A stretch of 64,000 nucleotides of DNA, taken from contig JBKBIZ010000008.1 of assembly GCA_046293975.1 (NCBI GenBank), positions 2,059 to 66,058 on the forward strand, in the 5' to 3' direction. Position numbers and translations under genes: made by a program. This DNA comes from Hyphomonas sp. GTDB taxonomy: Bacteria; Pseudomonadota; Alphaproteobacteria; Caulobacterales; Hyphomonadaceae. Of the stretch, positions 17,840 to 27,731 are shown in pieces (positions within the stretch are counted from its first letter, which is position 1; each line of letters starts with the position of its first letter). The notes below the pieces were generated by a model. It was not told where the DNA came from. It saw only the letters and a list, made by a program, of their open reading frames with translations, and did not search any database.

Positions 17840-18874
17840 ATGAGCCGCGAAGGCGCCCTCTCTGATCCCAACGCCCAGGGCGGCGACGCGCTTGATCGTG
17901 CGCTCCGTCCACAGACGTTTGAGGATTATGTTGGCCAGCGTAAAGCGAAGGCCAATCTCAAAGTTTATGTCGAGGCAGCGCGCGGGCGTAAGGAAGCGCT
18001 TGATCATGTGTTGCTGTTCGGGCCGCCCGGCCTTGGCAAGACGACGCTGGCGCAGATCCTCGCGCGGGAGATGGGTGTCGGCTTCCGCGCCACGTCCGGC
18101 CCCGTGATCGCCAAGGCGGGAGACCTTGCTGCCATCCTCACCAATCTTGAGCCCAATGATGTGCTCTTCATTGACGAAATTCACCGCCTTCCGGCGATTG
18201 TCGAGGAAATCCTCTATCCGGCGATGGAGGATTATGCCCTCGATCTTGTGATCGGGGAGGGGCCTGCCGCGCGATCTGTGCGGCTCGATCTGGCGCCCTT
18301 CACGCTGGTGGGCGCGACGACCCGCGCCGGCCTCCTCGCCACACCGCTGCGTGACCGTTTCGGCATTCCTGTGCGCCTTGAATTCTATGAGCCCGAAGAG
18401 CTTGGCCGTATCGTCATGGCGGCGGCGCGCAAGCTGGGTGTTCCGATTACGGAAGATGGCGCGGTAGAAATCTCCGCCCGCGCGCGCGGAACGCCGCGCA
18501 TTGCGCTGCGCCTGCTGCGCCGGGTGCGCGACTTTGCCGAGGCCGAAGGCGCCGACATTAACCGGGGCTCTGCTGCCCGCGCGCTGAAGCGCCTTGAGAT
18601 TGACGAAGACGGTCTCGACGCGCTCGACCGGCGCTATCTCCACGCGCTGGTGAAAACCTATGCCGGCGGCCCGGTCGGCGCCGATACGCTGGCGGCGGCC
18701 CTGTCGGAAGCGCGCGACGCGGTCGAAGATGTGATTGAGCCTTATCTCATGCAGAAAGGCTATGTGGCGCGAACCCCGCGCGGGCGCGTGGCCGCTCCGC
18801 TCGCCTATGAGCGCCTGGGGCTGAAAGCGCCGAATGGTCAGCAGTCTGCGCTCTTTGGCGAAGACGAGAGCTGA
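17840..18874 (+). CDS. ruvB: Holliday junction helicase RuvB
   Basis: [39 protein letters not shown]. Confidence 0.98.
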   Translation: MSREGALSDPNAQGGDALDRALRPQTFEDYVGQRKAKANLKVYVEAARGRKEALDHVLLFGPPGLGKTTLAQILAREMGVGFRATSGPVIAKAGDLAAILTNLEPNDVLFIDEIHRLPAIVEEILYPAMEDYALDLVIGEGPAARSVRLDLAPFTLVGATTRAGLLATPLRDRFGIPVRLEFYEPEELGRIVMAAARKLGVPITEDGAVEISARARGTPRIALRLLRRVRDFAEAEGADINRGSAARALKRLEIDEDGLDALDRRYLHALVKTYAGGPVGADTLAAALSEARDAVEDVIEPYLMQKGYVARTPRGRVAAPLAYERLGLKAPNGQQSALFGEDES

Positions 18875-19273
18875 TCAGCCCGCTTCGCTGTCGTCAGGCT
18901 CCCCGCCACCCATCGCCCATAAGAGCCCGATGATCGCGCCCTTGATCCGGGGAAGGAGCATCAATACTGCAAGGATCGCAAATGCCCCGAGCGCGGGCAG
19001 GGTGATCCAGATGGGCCAGCTGTCCTGCCGGGCGCTGATGAAGGTCATGCCCGCGAGGAATGGCCCGAGGATCAGCACGGTCAACCAGGGCGGCCCGTCT
19101 TCGGCGCGGATGCGTCCGATGGGCGCGTCGCACACAGCGCAACTGTCTACCTGCTTCAGATACCGCGCAAAGAGCTTACCTTGCCCGCATGCCGGGCAGC
19201 GATGGCGTAGCCCCCTCAGCAGGGGGCGCCAGGCGGGCATCTTGGCCGGAGAAGGGGCGGGGCGCTCGGGCAT
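18875..19273 (-). CDS. DUF983 family membrane protein
   Basis: RCPACGQGKLF..YLK..CAVC..AEDGPPW, two TMs, LPRIKG. Confidence 0.85.
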   Translation of the reverse strand: MPERPAPSPAKMPAWRPLLRGLRHRCPACGQGKLFARYLKQVDSCAVCDAPIGRIRAEDGPPWLTVLILGPFLAGMTFISARQDSWPIWITLPALGAFAILAVLMLLPRIKGAIIGLLWAMGGGEPDDSEAG

Positions 19274-19349
19274 GGCTCTGCTTACACCCGCGCGCGCTCC
19301 CCCTGTTATGAGGGATGACGCCGCATGGCACGCCTGCTAGCTTTCTCTC

Positions 19350-20495
19350 ATGGCACTGGGATGGGACAAGATAGAGCAGGCTGAAGGCTTTGCAGGGCTG
19401 CGTGCCCATGCAGAGGCGGAAGTCATGCCGCTTCTGTCGGGCGCGGAACTTCGCCCGGTAGACGCAGAAGTTCTCAAGGGGCGCGTGAGCCGCGCCCTGA
19501 CGATTGGCTTTGCCAGCTTTGTCATCAGCTTCCTGATCGTCCAGGCCCTGATCCCCAATACGGTCTGGGGCGAAACGCTTGTCTTCATTCTCTTCCCGGT
19601 GATGTTCATTGGCAGCATTCTGGGCTCGCTTTTCCTGTTCCGGAGAAGCCTGCTGCGGGTGTTGCTGGACGCCAAGAAGCGCTTCCTCATCCGGGGCAAG
19701 GCGTTGTCGGTTCTCGTACAGCCCCTCGGGCTCACCTATGTGCCCACGCCCGGTGGCACGCCTGGGGCGCTCAAATGGCTGGCGCAGCAGGCCTGGGCCC
19801 CGGCGGAGCTGCGGGATCTGGCCACGACCTTTGATGAGGTGGGCGGTATGGACGAAGCCGTCGCGGCGGCGCGCGGCGCCGGCCTGATGGTGGAGGCCAA
19901 TGTCTATGTGCTCGGCACAAAGGCGCAGAAGGAACAGTATCACAAGATGGCCGCCACCCAGGCGACCATCGAGGACGGGTTTCATGGGCGTCGGGGCGGC
20001 ATTGACTTCGACATGTTCGAATGGGTCGAACGCGTCGATGAGGCCCCGGATATCCATCATCTGGTGATCGTGCTGGAGGCGCCGCTGGAGTTGCACGGCG
20101 TTACCCAGCTGCGGGCGCGCAAGACAGGGTGGCCGCAGGAGGCCTCCGATGCCCGCTTTGTCGAGATTGATCTTGGCCCCAGAGCCTTTGACGCGGTCTA
20201 CCGCCTGCGTTCGACCGATCAAATCGAGGCTCGCGCGATCTTCAACCCTGCCGTCATCGAGCGGGTGATTGATCTGGCCCATGACGGCAAGTTCCGCGCC
20301 GTGGCGAAGGGCAGCCGCCTGGTGTTCGATTTTCCCGGGGTAAACCGGTTCAACCTGGTAGATGTGGTCAGCGGGGAGTGGAGCGAGGAAACCCTGCGCC
20401 AGACCGTCTCGGACCTTGTTGAGGCGCTTACCCTCGTTGATACGCTCGCGCATGCCTTCATGCTCGCGCGCAAGTCTGATACGGGCGGAGTATGA
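19350..20495 (+). CDS. Membrane protein, DUF3137-like
   Basis: Two N-terminal TMs; C-terminal FDAVYRLRSTDQIEARAIFNP motif. Confidence 0.65.
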   Translation: MALGWDKIEQAEGFAGLRAHAEAEVMPLLSGAELRPVDAEVLKGRVSRALTIGFASFVISFLIVQALIPNTVWGETLVFILFPVMFIGSILGSLFLFRRSLLRVLLDAKKRFLIRGKALSVLVQPLGLTYVPTPGGTPGALKWLAQQAWAPAELRDLATTFDEVGGMDEAVAAARGAGLMVEANVYVLGTKAQKEQYHKMAATQATIEDGFHGRRGGIDFDMFEWVERVDEAPDIHHLVIVLEAPLELHGVTQLRARKTGWPQEASDARFVEIDLGPRAFDAVYRLRSTDQIEARAIFNPAVIERVIDLAHDGKFRAVAKGSRLVFDFPGVNRFNLVDVVSGEWSEETLRQTVSDLVEALTLVDTLAHAFMLARKSDTGGV

Positions 20496-20947
20496 CCCTG
20501 CCTGTTCTCGATCAGAAGAATTTCGATGCGGCCCGCCAGCACTGGATCGCCGTGCGCGTCTATTACGAAGACACAGACTTCACCGGCATGGTCTACCACG
20601 CCAATTACCTGCGCTTTTTCGAGCGCGGGCGGTCCGACCATCTGCGCGATGCTGGCGTCTCCCACCAGTCGCTGCTGGCGCGTGAAGACCCTGCCGCTTT
20701 CACGCTGACGAATGTGAATGTCACCTACCGCAAGCCGGCTAAGGTGGATGACCTTCTGCATATCCGCACGCGCTATCTCGGCATGGATGGCCCGCGCATC
20801 CGCTTTTCGCAGACTTGTCTGCGTGGGGCTGAGGTGCTGGCCGAGGGCGAAATCACCGCCGTGATGATCCATGCGGATGGGCGCCTGCGCCGCCCGATCA
20901 AGGAAATCGCCGAGCTTCTGGAAGCGTACAAATGGAGAGCCGGCTAG
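20492..20947 (+). CDS. ybgC: Tol-Pal-associated acyl-CoA thioesterase
   Basis: RVYYEDTDFTGMVYHANYLRFFERGR; position before tolQ. Confidence 0.93.
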   Translation: MTLPVLDQKNFDAARQHWIAVRVYYEDTDFTGMVYHANYLRFFERGRSDHLRDAGVSHQSLLAREDPAAFTLTNVNVTYRKPAKVDDLLHIRTRYLGMDGPRIRFSQTCLRGAEVLAEGEITAVMIHADGRLRRPIKEIAELLEAYKWRAG

Positions 20948-21239
20948 GCAGGTTCGGCTGGGGCGGCGTGATTAATTTCCGGTGATCGCATCCCTCTCAC
21001 GGAGGCCTTCAGGCGGCCGATAAGATTAAGAATCTGCCATAATGGCTTAACCATCATGCAGTAAGTCTCATATGGACTGCTCAAAGCCTGTAACACGCCG
21101 TGTTTCTGCCGGATTTGGGTTAGATTACAGAGCGGAAATAACCAGTGCCCGCAGTTGAACCCCCCCACGTTTCTGCTACCGCAGAAACCGTCCGGGGCAG
21201 GGTGAGTTGCCCCGGCAGGCCAAGGAGATAACGAGACAC

Positions 21240-21950
21240 ATGGAAACGGACGCAATCGGCACGGTTGCCAGCCATTCGGATTTTTCCCTGATCAGCCTGC
21301 TGATGGCCGCTGATCCGGTCGTGAAGCTTGTGCTGCTCGCGCTGTTCCTCGCCTCGATCTGGTCATGGATCGTGATCGGCGAGAAATTCTTCAAGCTGGG
21401 CGGCCTCAAGAAGTCCTCACGCGATTTTGAAGAAGCGTTCTGGAGCGGACGCGCCGGTGACATAGACATGCGCCCCGGCCAGGGCGGCAAAGACCCCGCC
21501 AGCCGGGTGTTCATTTCCGCTGCCCGGGAATGGGCCGACGCTGGCAAAAGCCCCGCATCGGCTGAGGCCACCGCCATCGTCAGCCGCGCCGAACGCTCGA
21601 TGCGCGCCGCCGTTGACCGCGAGATCGGGCGCGCCGGTTCAGGCCTCTCGGTGCTGGCCACGATTGGCTCAGCGTCTCCGTTCATCGGTCTTTTCGGCAC
21701 GGTGTGGGGCATCATGAACGCCTTCCTGAACATCGCCGAGCAGCAGGATACGAGCCTTGGCACCGTGGCCGGCCCGATTGCCGAAGCGCTGTTTGCCACC
21801 GGCCTCGGCCTGATCGCCGCCATTCCGGCCGTCATCTTCTACAACAAGTTCACCAGCGACCTGACCAAGCTGGGCGACCAGCTCGACACGTTCTCCCAGG
21901 ATGTCCTCGTGCGCCTCTCCCGGCGCGCGTCGGATGCCGCACGCGATTAG
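21240..21950 (+). CDS. tolQ: TolQ
   Basis: LATIGSASPFIGLFGTVWGIM, GPIAEALFATGLGL. Confidence 0.95.
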   Translation: METDAIGTVASHSDFSLISLLMAADPVVKLVLLALFLASIWSWIVIGEKFFKLGGLKKSSRDFEEAFWSGRAGDIDMRPGQGGKDPASRVFISAAREWADAGKSPASAEATAIVSRAERSMRAAVDREIGRAGSGLSVLATIGSASPFIGLFGTVWGIMNAFLNIAEQQDTSLGTVAGPIAEALFATGLGLIAAIPAVIFYNKFTSDLTKLGDQLDTFSQDVLVRLSRRASDAARD

Positions 21951-21962
21951 GGCGGGGCAACA

Positions 21963-22412
21963 ATGGGTCTGATCCTCGGTTCTGGTGGCAAAGGCGGACG
22001 GCGCGGACGGCGCGCCCTCAATGCCGAAATCAACGTAACACCGTTCGTGGACGTCATGTTGGTGCTGCTGATCGTGTTCATGGTCACCGCGCCGATGCTG
22101 GTGCGCGGGGAACAGCTGAACCTCCCGCGGACCACCTCCGCGCCGCTCAAGTCCGATCCTAATGATGCCCCGCTGACCGTCTGGGTCAAGGCCGATGGCA
22201 CGGTCCTGATCCAGCAGACGGAAGTCCAGATCGAGGGGCTAGGCGCTCAACTCACGGCAATCGTTGGTGAGGGGTATGACAAGGACGTGTTCCTCTATGC
22301 CGATGAAAGTGTGCCCTATGGCCTGGTCATGGAAGTGACAGCCGAGGTGCGCGGCGCCGGCTTCACACGCATGTCGTTCATTACCGAACAAAAGACCAAC
22401 ACCCCCCGCTGA
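21963..22412 (+). CDS. tolR: TolR
   Basis: AEINVTPFVDVMLVLLIVFMVTAP; operon context. Confidence 0.93.
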   Translation: MGLILGSGGKGGRRGRRALNAEINVTPFVDVMLVLLIVFMVTAPMLVRGEQLNLPRTTSAPLKSDPNDAPLTVWVKADGTVLIQQTEVQIEGLGAQLTAIVGEGYDKDVFLYADESVPYGLVMEVTAEVRGAGFTRMSFITEQKTNTPR

Positions 22413-22434
22413 CCCGGAAGGACCAGCCTGACCG

Positions 22435-23355
22435 ATGCTTCGTGGCCTGACAGTTTCCGCTCTTGTGCATGCCACTGTGCTGGCTATGGCGGTCGTATCG
22501 TGGCCGCAGAAAAAGAATGACTGCGACGAGCAGATCGAGCGCCTGCGCCGCGAGCAGCCGGGGATCAGCTCGGTCGAGATCCTGATGCAGCTGCCTCAGT
22601 GTGCATCCTCCGCTGATCTGCCCATCGACTTCCTTGAGATCGGCCGGATCTCCGATGTCGCTGAGATGCGCAAGTCTGATACGCCCGAGCCCGAGCCTGA
22701 GCCCGAAGCGGCGCCGGAACCCGTTGAAGAGACGCCTGCGCCCCCGCCAGAGCCGGAAGCAGCACCAGAGCCGGAGCCTGAAGTTGAAGTCCCCGATCCG
22801 CGCCAGCCCGAGCCACCGAAAAAGCCCGAGCCCAAGCCCGAGCCCAAGAAAGAAGAGCCCAAACCAAAGCCCAAGCCGGTGGAAAAACCACCCGCCAAGC
22901 CGAAGAATGATCTCGATTTCCTCGACGATTTCGAAAGCACGCTCCAGTCCAAGCGCACGTCCGAGCAGCGGCCGGAAACCCAGCAGTCTGACCGGCCCGT
23001 GCTCGCCAATTCAGACCGGGACCAGCAGGGGGCAGGAGCACGCACTGGCGCCACCGCTTCGTTGCAGGCCGCCCTGCGCCGGCAGATCGGCGAATGCTGG
23101 CCAGGCATCGATGACTTTCCGAAGGAGCATCAAATTTTGGTGACGATTAACATGAAGCTGACGCGTGATGGTGCGCTTGATGGTTCACCTACGGTGGTAA
23201 GCCCTAGGCCGCGTCCGGTTGGCCGATCTGGGCTTGCTGTCGAAATGGCTCTTACTGCCGTCCGGAGATGTGCCGATATTGGCAATTATCGGTTGCCGCC
23301 GGAGGACTATGAGCTTTGGAAAGATATCAACGTAACGATTGGCCCACTACAGTGA
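22435..23355 (+). CDS. tolA: TolA
   Basis: TM with S..H motif (VSALVHA), Pro/Glu/Lys-rich linker, C-terminal IGECW domain; between tolR and tolB. Confidence 0.85.
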   Translation: MLRGLTVSALVHATVLAMAVVSWPQKKNDCDEQIERLRREQPGISSVEILMQLPQCASSADLPIDFLEIGRISDVAEMRKSDTPEPEPEPEAAPEPVEETPAPPPEPEAAPEPEPEVEVPDPRQPEPPKKPEPKPEPKKEEPKPKPKPVEKPPAKPKNDLDFLDDFESTLQSKRTSEQRPETQQSDRPVLANSDRDQQGAGARTGATASLQAALRRQIGECWPGIDDFPKEHQILVTINMKLTRDGALDGSPTVVSPRPRPVGRSGLAVEMALTAVRRCADIGNYRLPPEDYELWKDINVTIGPLQ

Positions 23356-23398
23356 TGCTGTATGCGCGTCGCAAGAATTCGATGAGGAGTCCGAACTG

Positions 23399-24754
23399 AT
23401 GCTGAAACGCCTGATGCCGTTCCTGGCAGTTATCATGCTGGCGATTGGGCTGGTGGCGCCTGCCAGCGCCCAGCTGCAAGTCCGTGTGGATGAAGGAAAC
23501 TTCAAACCCACACCCATCGCGATTCCGGATTTCCAGGTGACGGGCACCAACACCGAGATTGCCCGCCAGATCGCCGAAGTGGTGCGCGCTGACCTTGCCT
23601 CAACCGGCCTGTTTGACATGCAGAGCCCGGCCTCCTTCATCCAGCGCGACCTTTCAATCAATGCCGAGCCGCGCTTTGCCGACTGGAAGATCATTCGCAC
23701 AGACGCCCTCGTTGTGGGCGCGTTTGAGGAACTCCCCGATGGTAAGCTTGCCGTGTCGTTCCGTCTTTGGGACGTTTATGGCGGCGAGTTGATGCGGATC
23801 AACGGAGAGCCGGGCCGCCGCCTGACGACCACGCCGGAAAACTGGCGCCGCATTGCGCACAAGATCGCCGACTCGATCTACACCCGCCTGACCGGTGAAG
23901 ATCCGTACTTCGATACGCGCATCGTCTACATCGCCGAAACCGGCCCCAAGACCGAGCGCGTGAAGCGTCTCGCGATCATGGATAGCGACGGCTCCAACCA
24001 GCAATATCTGACCTCTGGCCGCTCGACGGTGCTGACGCCCCGCTTCAGCCCGTCCTCCCAGGAAATCACCTATATGTCGTTTGAAGGCGGGCGCCCGCGC
24101 GTCTACCTCTTCAACATCGAAACGGGCCGCCAGGAATTGCTGGGCAATTTCCCGGGCATGACCTTCGCCCCGCGCTTTGGCACCGATGGCCAGAGCGTGC
24201 TGCTCTCTCAGGCCCAGCGCGGCAATACCGATATCTACATCATGAACCTGCGCACGCGCGAAAGCCGCCGCCTGACAGATCATCCGGCGATCGACACATC
24301 GCCGTCAATGTCTCCGGATGGCAAGTCGGTGGTGTTCAACTCCGACAGGGGCGGCACACCGCAGCTCTACATCATGAATACGGACGGTTCGCAGCGCGCC
24401 TGTCCGTCGGGTGGCCGTGATACCGCCTGCCGCATAACCTTTGGCCGGGGCCGTTATTCAACGCCCGTTTGGTCGCCGCGCGGTGATCTGATTGCCTTCA
24501 CCAAGCAGGAAAGCGGCAAATTCTATATCGGTGTGATCGGGATCGATGGCAAAGGCGAGCGCCTGCTTTCGGAATCGTATCTGGACGAAGGTCCCGATTG
24601 GTCCCCCAATGGCCGTGTTATCGTCTTCTTCCGGGAGAACCGCCCGGGCGCTGGCCCGCAGCTCTGGTCGGTTGACCTTTCAGGCCGGAATGAGCGCCGC
24701 GTGATGACCCAGACTGATGCTTCGGACCCGGCCTGGTCGCCTGTCCTGCAATAA
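23399..24754 (+). CDS. tolB: TolB
   Basis: Signal peptide, PIAIPDF, RRIAHKIAD, PD40 repeats, DPAWSP end; GAGGAG before ATG 23399. Confidence 0.96.
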   Translation: MLKRLMPFLAVIMLAIGLVAPASAQLQVRVDEGNFKPTPIAIPDFQVTGTNTEIARQIAEVVRADLASTGLFDMQSPASFIQRDLSINAEPRFADWKIIRTDALVVGAFEELPDGKLAVSFRLWDVYGGELMRINGEPGRRLTTTPENWRRIAHKIADSIYTRLTGEDPYFDTRIVYIAETGPKTERVKRLAIMDSDGSNQQYLTSGRSTVLTPRFSPSSQEITYMSFEGGRPRVYLFNIETGRQELLGNFPGMTFAPRFGTDGQSVLLSQAQRGNTDIYIMNLRTRESRRLTDHPAIDTSPSMSPDGKSVVFNSDRGGTPQLYIMNTDGSQRACPSGGRDTACRITFGRGRYSTPVWSPRGDLIAFTKQESGKFYIGVIGIDGKGERLLSESYLDEGPDWSPNGRVIVFFRENRPGAGPQLWSVDLSGRNERRVMTQTDASDPAWSPVLQ

Positions 24755-24974
24755 ATCCTGCCCCTGCCTGGTGCTGAAAAGGCGGGCAGGGGTCGGAATA
24801 AGGCCATTTCGTGGCAAAAACAGCACAAAGGCCGGAGAAATCGCTTGAATACAGATTGTCGCGATAAAACAGTCAGAATAAGGAAATAAAGGCCCGATAA
24901 GACGGCCGCCGACACACAGAAGCCGCGAAGCGGTCCGTACAGTGCCACCTGAACTAAACTTGGAGCCCCGACAT

Positions 24975-25517
24975 ATGCATATTCTCCTGAAAGCCTCTGC
25001 AGCCGCCGCTCTTCTGGCCGCGACCGCAGCTTGCGCTTCCCGCCCCCCCCCGGTCGCTGACCCGGTTACCCCTCCGCCGGTTCAAGATACCGTTACGGAA
25101 ACGGAAACCGTTGTCACCCAGCCGGTTGTCCAATCCTCGATCACCCCGGGCTCGCTGGAAGATTTCCGCGTGAACGTTGGCGAGCGTGTCTATTTCGACC
25201 TCGACCAATATCGCCTTGACTCTGACGATCAGGAAATCCTGAAGCGTCAGGCAGCCTGGCTGAACGCTTACCCGAACGTTCGCGTTCTCGTCGCCGGTAA
25301 CGCGGACGAGCGCGGCACGCGCGAGTACAACCTCGCCCTCGGCGAGCGCCGCGCTTCGGCTGCAAAAGACTACCTCGTCAGCCTCGGCGTCAGCGCTTCG
25401 CGCGTCGATACCGTCTCCTATGGCAAAGAGCGTCCGATTGCTGGCGGGTCGAACGACGAGTCGTGGGCAATGAACCGTAACGCATGGACCCAGATCGTTT
25501 CCGGCGCCACCAGCTAA
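24975..25517 (+). CDS. pal: Peptidoglycan-associated lipoprotein Pal
   Basis: Lipobox TAAC; RVYFDLD, GNADERGTREYNLALGERRA, SYGKERP. Confidence 0.96.
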   Translation: MHILLKASAAAALLAATAACASRPPPVADPVTPPPVQDTVTETETVVTQPVVQSSITPGSLEDFRVNVGERVYFDLDQYRLDSDDQEILKRQAAWLNAYPNVRVLVAGNADERGTREYNLALGERRASAAKDYLVSLGVSASRVDTVSYGKERPIAGGSNDESWAMNRNAWTQIVSGATS

Positions 25518-25540
25518 GGCGTACTGCGTTTACGTGATGA

Positions 25541-25584
25541 AAAGGACAGCCGGGTGCCATAATTTGGCCCCGGCTGTTTCTTTT
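25541..25584 (+). terminator. Terminator after pal
   Basis: ACAGCCGGG..CCCGGCTGT stem followed by TTCTTTT. Confidence 0.75.
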
Positions 25585-25630
25585 AGTCCCTGGGCTGAAG
25601 TCTGCCCCCCCGCACCCGGAGATACCCGTC

Positions 25631-26596
25631 ATGCTGAAAGCTTCCCTCACAAGTCTTGCTGTCCTTGGATTGCTGGCTACGCCCGTCCTCGCACAGAGCC
25701 GCGGGGCGCCGATTGTAAAGGGCGTGACGACCGGAGACCTGTCCGTACAGGTCGATCAGACACGTCAGCAAACGGCCGATCTGATGATGGAGATCAACCG
25801 CAATGCGGACCGGATCAACCAGCTGAGCGGCCGGCTCGAGACACTTGAATATGAACTCTCACGCACTCGTGATGCCGGCGAGCAGCAGATGATGGACAAT
25901 GAAACCCTGGCTCAGCAGAACGCCGAACTTCGTGGCCAGCTTGAAGCCCAGGCCCGCGCGATCACGGCGCTTCAGATGGTTATGGGCATAGAGCCGACAG
26001 AGCTGCTGGATACCGGCTCTGGCCTCGGCCCGGCTTCTGGCCCGGCGCCCTCGCCGTTTCCGTCCTCGGGTCAGCAGACGATTGGCCCGGTGCCCAGCAC
26101 GCAATCAGGCGCCAGCGGCGGTCCGTCGGTTCTGACACCGGCCCCCTCCACCCAAAGCGGTCTGCCGGAAGGCTCCCTCGGCACGATCTCCGCCAGCCAG
26201 CTTCCCGGTGAAGCGGGTCCGCTCTTTGCCGTTGCCCGCCAGCGCCTCCTCGCGCTCGACTATGCCGGTGCGCAGGAAGCCTTCCAGTCTTTCGTCGACA
26301 AGTTCGGCAGCGATCCCCAGGCTGGTGAGGCCTATTTCTGGCTCGGCGAAACGCTCCACCAGCAGAACGCCTATGCCGAGAGCGGCCAAGCCTACACCAC
26401 AATGATCCGCTCATTCCCGGATGACGCGCGCGCACCCGACGCGCTGGCGCGCCTTGCGCGGTCGATGCGGCTGATCGGGGATACGGCCAAGGCCTGCCAG
26501 GCGCTCGACACACTGCCCAAGCGCTATCCCAACGCGTCCAAGGTCGTACGCGACCTGGCGGCCGTTGAGCGCACCCGCTCCGGATGCAAGGGCTAA
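25631..26596 (+). CDS. cpoB: CpoB/YbgF (coiled-coil plus TPR)
   Basis: Signal peptide, coiled coil, AYFWLGE, APDAL..L, AC..L..L..RYP TPR; position after pal. Confidence 0.9.
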   Translation: MLKASLTSLAVLGLLATPVLAQSRGAPIVKGVTTGDLSVQVDQTRQQTADLMMEINRNADRINQLSGRLETLEYELSRTRDAGEQQMMDNETLAQQNAELRGQLEAQARAITALQMVMGIEPTELLDTGSGLGPASGPAPSPFPSSGQQTIGPVPSTQSGASGGPSVLTPAPSTQSGLPEGSLGTISASQLPGEAGPLFAVARQRLLALDYAGAQEAFQSFVDKFGSDPQAGEAYFWLGETLHQQNAYAESGQAYTTMIRSFPDDARAPDALARLARSMRLIGDTAKACQALDTLPKRYPNASKVVRDLAAVERTRSGCKG

Positions 26597-27684
26597 GCCC
26601 TCAGGCCGCCTTCGAGGCAGCGCTGGCGGCGCTGCCTGACTGCCTGCTCGATGCGCCGATCGGCGTGGCTGTCTCCGGTGGCAGCGATTCCCTTGCGCTC
26701 CTGATCTTTGCTCATCGGTGGGCGGCGGGGCAGGGGCGAACCCTGCACGCCCTTACCGTTGATCACGGCCTGCGCGCTGAGGCCCGCAGGGAGGCCGAGG
26801 CGGTTGGCCGTCTCTGCCGCGTGTTGGGCATCAGCCATGACATCCTGCGCCTTGAGGGTGCCGCGCCGCGCCAGGCAGCGCTCCGCCGAGGGCGCCACGC
26901 GGCCCTCGCCAGGACAATCCGGGACAAATCGGGACACCTCCTCCTCACCGGGCACACTGCTGACGACCAGGCCGAGACCTTCCTGATGCGCGCCCGGCAG
27001 GGGTCGGGCTGGTACGGGCTCGCCGGGATGCGGCCGCTTTCGCTCTCCCCGGTCTGGCCGGAAGGTGAGGGGCTGTTCCTCGCCAGGCCGTTGCTCGGGG
27101 TCCGCCGCGAGGTGCTTCGTGACTTCCTGAAGGGCGAGGGGAATGGCTGGACGGATGACCCGTCGAACGACAATCCTGTCTTTGAGCGGGTGCGTATGCG
27201 GCGCCTTATGCGTCCTGAAATGTCCCGAAGTGTCCAGGTTTTGTCTCTGATTGACCGGTTTCAGACATTAAGAATGATTGAGGATGACGCGATCTGGCGC
27301 TGGCTGACTGCAAATGTCAGCGTGGATGAAACAGGCATCCGCGTGGTTTCGTTCTCCCGGCTACCCCCCGAAAGGGCAGCGCGCGCCCTTGGTATCCTGA
27401 TCCAGATCGCGGCTGCACGTGAAATCCCCCCGCGGGGTGAAAGCCTCGCCCGATTGGCAGAGCGGCTTGTTTCGGAAGAGAATTTTCGGGGCGCCACATT
27501 GGGTGGCTGCCGCATTCGGCGCGGCAAGGGGCATCTGCGCTTCCTGCCTGAAGCCGCCGGTCCCCATCGCGCCACCTCCCGCCGTCTCCTGGCCACAGCG
27601 GCGATCCTGTCCGGAAACCCGTATGAAATTGCCGCAGCAGCAGGAAAGGAGTCGTTTTTAGAGGATTTGGTGCCTATCTTCTAA
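26584..27684 (+). CDS. tilS: tRNA(Ile)-lysidine synthase
   Basis: VAVSGGSDSLAL, TVDHGLR, GHTADDQAET, DPSN..RVRMR. Confidence 0.95.
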   Translation: MQGLSPQAAFEAALAALPDCLLDAPIGVAVSGGSDSLALLIFAHRWAAGQGRTLHALTVDHGLRAEARREAEAVGRLCRVLGISHDILRLEGAAPRQAALRRGRHAALARTIRDKSGHLLLTGHTADDQAETFLMRARQGSGWYGLAGMRPLSLSPVWPEGEGLFLARPLLGVRREVLRDFLKGEGNGWTDDPSNDNPVFERVRMRRLMRPEMSRSVQVLSLIDRFQTLRMIEDDAIWRWLTANVSVDETGIRVVSFSRLPPERAARALGILIQIAAAREIPPRGESLARLAERLVSEENFRGATLGGCRIRRGKGHLRFLPEAAGPHRATSRRLLATAAILSGNPYEIAAAAGKESFLEDLVPIF

Positions 27685-27731
27685 ACTCAATCCCGTATGC
27701 TTGATCGAATAGTTTCTGACGGAACCTTGCT

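Noticed and set aside
22680-22900. CCCGAG/CCCAAG tandem repeats
   Set aside because: They encode the Pro-Glu/Pro-Lys TolA linker; not a CRISPR array or DNA element
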